A stretch of DNA of 64,000 nt from the NCBI RefSeq assembly GCF_009914755.1, contig NC_060930.1; one strand, given 5' to 3'. The notes under the pieces are model-generated. The model worked only from the letters and a program-made list of their open reading frames with translations, did no database searches and was not told where the DNA came from. Shown in pieces: positions 58,425-64,000 of this stretch; the stretch's first letter is position 1, and every line of letters starts with the position of its first letter. The DNA is from the human T2T-CHM13v2.0 reference genome, Homo sapiens. The position numbers and the translations under genes were made by a program.

Positions 58425-59070
58425 AGTGATTCCTACTTCAAGTCAAGATGGAGTAACAGAGAATACACTGAAAACATAAAAACCAGACAAAACATATTAA
58501 ACAGTAGTTTTTAGACACTGGCAGCACAAAAGAGGCAGCACAAAACAGTGATCCCTAAGACAGGTTTAACAGATGAGATGAGCTCTACCATCGCTCTATC
58601 TTACTGCCTAGAGAAAGAGTTTTCAGCCCATGCACAAGGATAAGGAATCCACAGTGAGCCTGGAAGTCTCTCTTACTTGAGAAGATGGAATTGGAATCAG
58701 CAGAACAGAGAAAAGTGAGTCATACAGAGAAAGAACTCTGGAGATTCACAGAATTTCCCCTTGGGTTTTCAGCTAAATACGTGTTTCTATCTGCATGTGG
58801 GAAAATTAACCAATTCTCAGGAAAACACTTACCCAAAAAGGGTAAATTAGTGATTTAAAGAAGCTAAGTTCCTACCAGCCACAGTATAACAACCTTGTAA
58901 ACACATAGTTTTAGGTACATTACTTAGAAGTGTATTGTGTTTGTAGTTAGGAAAAATTAACCATAGACCAAAGGCTTCTCTGGTCTTGCCCTCAAAGCTT
59001 AAAAGCAAGGATTAAAATGGTAAAACTAGTTCTAAGAAACCTGATGGTATCTTAGAACAAAACTTAAGAA
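58425..59070 (+). mobile_element. 5' region of an ancient L1 (L1M4/L1MC-like), resuming at about 63540-64000
   Basis: acttcaagtcaagatggagtaacag..aaaaccagacaaaacatat..; continuation caacaaggtaaaatt..tatctggc..aaattacc and ORF1-like A-rich sequence after 63540. Confidence 0.55.
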
Positions 59071-63298
<4,228 letters not shown>

Positions 63299-63536
63299 CT
63301 TCTCTATTTATATCTGGTCTACATCTCAGTAAACGCATCATAAGTTGAAAATATCATAAGTGGAAAATGCATTTAATACTCTAACAAATCCATCATAAAT
63401 AAAGTCAAAAAATCATAAGTCAAATCATTGTAAGTGAAAATGCTCCTCGACTTAGGATGGGGCTACGTCCTGATAAACCCATTGTTAAAGTCAAAATATT
63501 GTAAGTTGCACTATTGTAAACTGGGGGCTGTCTGTG
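63299..63536 (+). mobile_element. MER47/Tigger5-family MITE sequence, two short units in tandem
   Basis: atgctcctcgacttaggatggggctacgtcctgataaaccc and catcataagttgaaaatatcataagt..aaatgcatttaatac match remembered MER47 ends; right end ggggctgtctg. Confidence 0.7.
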
Positions 63537-64000
63537 ATGTTTAAACTATGTAGAACGCAACAAGGTAAAATTAAAATATCTGGCTGACATGCACTTGGAA
63601 ATTACCAACCATGAAAATCAGCAAGTAATTATATCTAAAAATAAGGACAAAAATCAGTTAATTGAAACTAAACCAATAATGGCACAGATGATAGATGTAT
63701 AAAAGAACATGAAAAATGTTAACAAGGCTCTATTCCATGTGTTGAAGAAGGAAGTTGCATATTAAGGAGAGACATGAAAAACATAAAAAGACATACATTA
63801 AATTTTACAGAAGAAAAAAGTCATAAAAATAAACTTCATAAAATTAGCAGCAGAAAAAAACACTGCAGGAGAAAAGGTAAGGTAATTTCTCAATGTAGTA
63901 GTAGAAAGTATCCAAAACAAAATATACAGAGAAAATGACTGGGGAAAAAAATGAATAAAGTGTGCACTCTGGAAAACTTTAAGTGGCCCAATGTGACTAC

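Overview
Mammalian (primate, almost certainly human) genomic DNA, AT-rich and repeat-dense. The only intact protein-coding gene is NMBR (neuromedin B receptor/BB1, class A GPCR) on the minus strand. Its three coding exons (54162-54583, 44480-44828, 41573-41974) splice with GT-AG sites into a 1173-nt, 390-aa CDS, with a CpG island at about 54.0-55.05 kb and a likely 3' end near 40.41 kb. The window also holds a 5'-truncated UBA2 (SAE2) processed pseudogene with target-site duplication (TSD), a near-full-length old L1MA, truncated L1PA/L1MA/L1PB copies, a complete two-LTR THE1, solo MST/MLT LTRs, seven Alus (one a very young AluYa5), L2, MIR, MER5A and MER47 remnants, and microsatellites. I find no sign of a wholly new biological system. 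The best leads are: (1) a set of splice sites upstream of the NMBR ATG that could switch between a uATG-rich leader, a uATG-free leader and an N-truncated receptor; (2) a candidate alternative terminal exon 17.6 kb beyond exon 3 predicting a 5-TM receptor; (3) a 177-bp locally templated inverted duplication inserted into a MIR; (4) a 300-nt pyrimidine tract next to the exon 2 acceptor. Repeat subfamily names come from remembered consensus sequences and need RepeatMasker confirmation; boundaries of old repeats are approximate.
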